Shown: positions 62,078 through 64,000 of the stretch, in pieces
Layout of the letters: each line of letters begins with the position of its first letter
How positions within the stretch are numbered: the stretch's first letter is position 1
Translations under genes and position numbers: made by a program
Notes under the pieces: generated by a model
Database searches by the model: none
What the model saw: only the letters and a program-made list of their open reading frames with translations
Told to the model about the DNA's origin: nothing
Assembly (NCBI GenBank): GCA_001792115.1
Contig: MGFX01000006.1
Span: 18,537-82,536, forward strand
Origin: Candidatus Woesebacteria bacterium RBG_16_42_24
Lineage (GTDB): Bacteria > Patescibacteriota > Microgenomatia > UBA8517
Direction of reading: 5' to 3'
Length of the DNA stretch: 64,000 bases

Positions 62078-64000
62078 CTATTTTTCTGTAATTTCGTGAA
62101 GCTCTTGCTGTGTAAGTGCATCGTCGGGGTCTATCTGCTCAAGGATGTATCGCAGTTCTCTTTCGGCATCTAACTTACGACCTGTGTTTACATATAGTAG
62201 TGCTAGGGCAAACCTCGCGTCTCGGTAATTATCCTTAAGTTCAACCGTTTTTTCTAGTGCGAGGACTGCGTCACTTGTTTGCCCAATTCTTGCGTAGGCA
62301 AGACCCAAGTTGTAATAAAGTTTTGCATCGGTCGGAGAATATTTTGCCTCGAGAAGCATAGTATCTTTAGCATCGTGCATATAGATTGGATCAAATATTG
62401 ATAGTCTAATCAAGACACTGGTGAGCCCTCTTACAAGTAGTAGGTTTCTGGGTGCAAGCTTAACTGCATCTTGGGAGAATTTGATTGCCTCTTGGGAGAG
62501 TTTTTTAGCTTCGTTTTTATTACCCTCTTCGTTTAAGGCAAGAGCTTCGAATGATATCAGCTGGGCAAGCTCATTTAGGTAAATAGCCTCTTTGGGCGAG
62601 AGAGAAATAGCCTGTGTCATTGCCCCCTTTGCCTCCGAGAAATTTTTTTCGTCGCCCAACATTTTCCCTTTAGCGAAAAGAAAATCAGCGTACCAGTATT
62701 TGGAGATAGAGTAAAAGAGTGAAATGGCGAAAAGGGAAATGATAGTAAGGCCGACCATTTGAAATGCCGAAACATTTTGTTTCTTATACTCTTTTACCTT
62801 TTCACCTTCTTGCCCTAGCCCAACGGCGATTGCCGGAAAAAAGAAGAATAAAAGCGAGGTGGTTGTAGTCGCGAAACCGAAGAAATTGGCAACCAAAATT
62901 CCGCCATAACCTGCTCCAAGAGCATATTTTAATGGGTTATGAGATTTAAAAATGAGTAAAACAGAGAAAACAATAAGAGTAAAATATGCTAATAAACCTA
63001 CCGTACCCGTGGTCGCAGCATAATTGAGGTACTCATTGTGGGCTTTGTTGAAAAGAAAATCCCACTCAGAAACCTTATTTAGCTCTTTGGGCCGGAATTC
63101 ATAGAAGGAATAGGCGAATGTTTCAACCCCACTGCCAAAGTAAGGATAATGTTTCCAGATTTCGATGGCTCCATTCCAGACGATTTTTCTGATTTCACCG
63201 GACTCTGTTCCACCGGGATCAGGTGGGATTATCTCCTCCTTACTACTCGGGAGACTTTTAGTAAGTAAATTTTCTAGGCTCGGAGTCCAAGGGGTACCGA
63301 TTATGAAAGAAATAAGTAATAAGGAAGAAGTAATAAGTAGAAATTTTTTTAAAAGAGACCTCGGGGTTCTTTCTCCGAATAATTTTAGTCCTACCCAGAA
63401 GATTAAAAAAGAAATTGCAAAGCCAAGTATGCCCGAACGGGATTTGGTATAAAGAAGGACAATAAAGAAGATTATCGATAGTCCCCACCAAACCAACCGT
63501 TTAGTTTTTAGGGAAAAAGCCAAAGTAAGGGGAATTAAGGCGATTAAAAATGTAGCCAGCCAATTGGGTTGACCTAGAGTTGAAAAGACCCTATTTTGGA
63601 CGTCTTGGACCCAAAGATTTTTGTCTACCCCGAAATGCTGTAAAACGCCATAGAGGCAAACTAAGAAAGCCCCTGCAAAAAGAAAGTAAAGGGATTTGCG
63701 GGTAGACTTTGCATTCATGTTTGATACAAACGCCCAATAAAGTAGGCAATAGGCGAGTAAGGATACGAGCCCTCCGTTAAATCTGCCGTAATAGCCAAGA
63801 AGCGAAGTGTGTCTATCGATAGAAACCAAAAAACTCAAAAATTGAGAACCCAAAAAGATCAGAAGGGGTAAGTCCAACATTGTGCGACGAAATATTACTT
63901 TTCTGACATAGATGATTCTTGTCAGCCAGAAAAAGGTTACGAGAGCCGTAATCAGATAGATAAATATAATTTTGTTAAATTCAAAAAGTTCAGAGGTTTT
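62078..64000 (-). CDS. O-antigen ligase family protein with C-terminal TPRs, 5' end outside the window
   Basis: RVFSTLGQPNW, TKSRSG, GSGVETF, AHNEYL, TPR motifs; the frame stays open to the window edge. Confidence 0.88.
   Translation of the reverse strand, partial: KTSELFEFNKIIFIYLITALVTFFWLTRIIYVRKVIFRRTMLDLPLLIFLGSQFLSFLVSIDRHTSLLGYYGRFNGGLVSLLAYCLLYWAFVSNMNAKSTRKSLYFLFAGAFLVCLYGVLQHFGVDKNLWVQDVQNRVFSTLGQPNWLATFLIALIPLTLAFSLKTKRLVWWGLSIIFFIVLLYTKSRSGILGFAISFLIFWVGLKLFGERTPRSLLKKFLLITSSLLLISFIIGTPWTPSLENLLTKSLPSSKEEIIPPDPGGTESGEIRKIVWNGAIEIWKHYPYFGSGVETFAYSFYEFRPKELNKVSEWDFLFNKAHNEYLNYAATTGTVGLLAYFTLIVFSVLLIFKSHNPLKYALGAGYGGILVANFFGFATTTTSLLFFFFPAIAVGLGQEGEKVKEYKKQNVSAFQMVGLTIISLFAISLFYSISKYWYADFLFAKGKMLGDEKNFSEAKGAMTQAISLSPKEAIYLNELAQLISFEALALNEEGNKNEAKKLSQEAIKFSQDAVKLAPRNLLLVRGLTSVLIRLSIFDPIYMHDAKDTMLLEAKYSPTDAKLYYNLGLAYARIGQTSDAVLALEKTVELKDNYRDARFALALLYVNTGRKLDAERELRYILEQIDPDDALTQQELHEITEK

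Noticed and set aside
1-64000. Alternative genetic code (TGA recoding)
   Set aside because: Conserved genes are full length in code 11, and several end in TGA at expected positions.

Overview
A 64-kb chromosomal segment with the hallmarks of a CPR/Patescibacteria genome (Microgenomates-like; this is inferred from gene content, orphan single-TM proteins, SD-poor apparently leaderless genes and standard code 11). It holds housekeeping genes (M16 peptidase, adenylate-kinase-like protein, mreB, tagA/wecB, rplL/J/A/K, nusG, secE, rnhB, rpsU, rpmG, rpmB, fmt, def) and six intact tRNAs. It also holds a surface-glycan locus (sulfatase/phosphodiesterase-fold proteins, methyltransferases, PLP decarboxylase, ATP-grasp, Wzm/Wzt, GT4s, O-antigen-ligase paralogues), a 7TM plus triple ATP-grasp operon and three AbiEii-type toxin-antitoxin pairs. 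The most unusual signals are non-coding. (1) Intact tRNA-Pro, -Tyr and -Thr(GGT), and probably -Trp, each sit inside the separated halves of an older tRNA gene, apparently of the same type; the ghost halves have complementary acceptor stems and carry short hairpin insertions. (2) A family of CYTG-tagged mini-palindromes invades tRNAs, leaders and ORFs. (3) Cargo genes are stacked behind anchor genes and separated by diverged copies of the anchor's 3' end. (4) Two ~107-bp IS200/IS605-like mini-elements, octamer/heptamer repeat arrays and a 6S-like RNA candidate are present. All calls come from reading the sequence; no searches were run.
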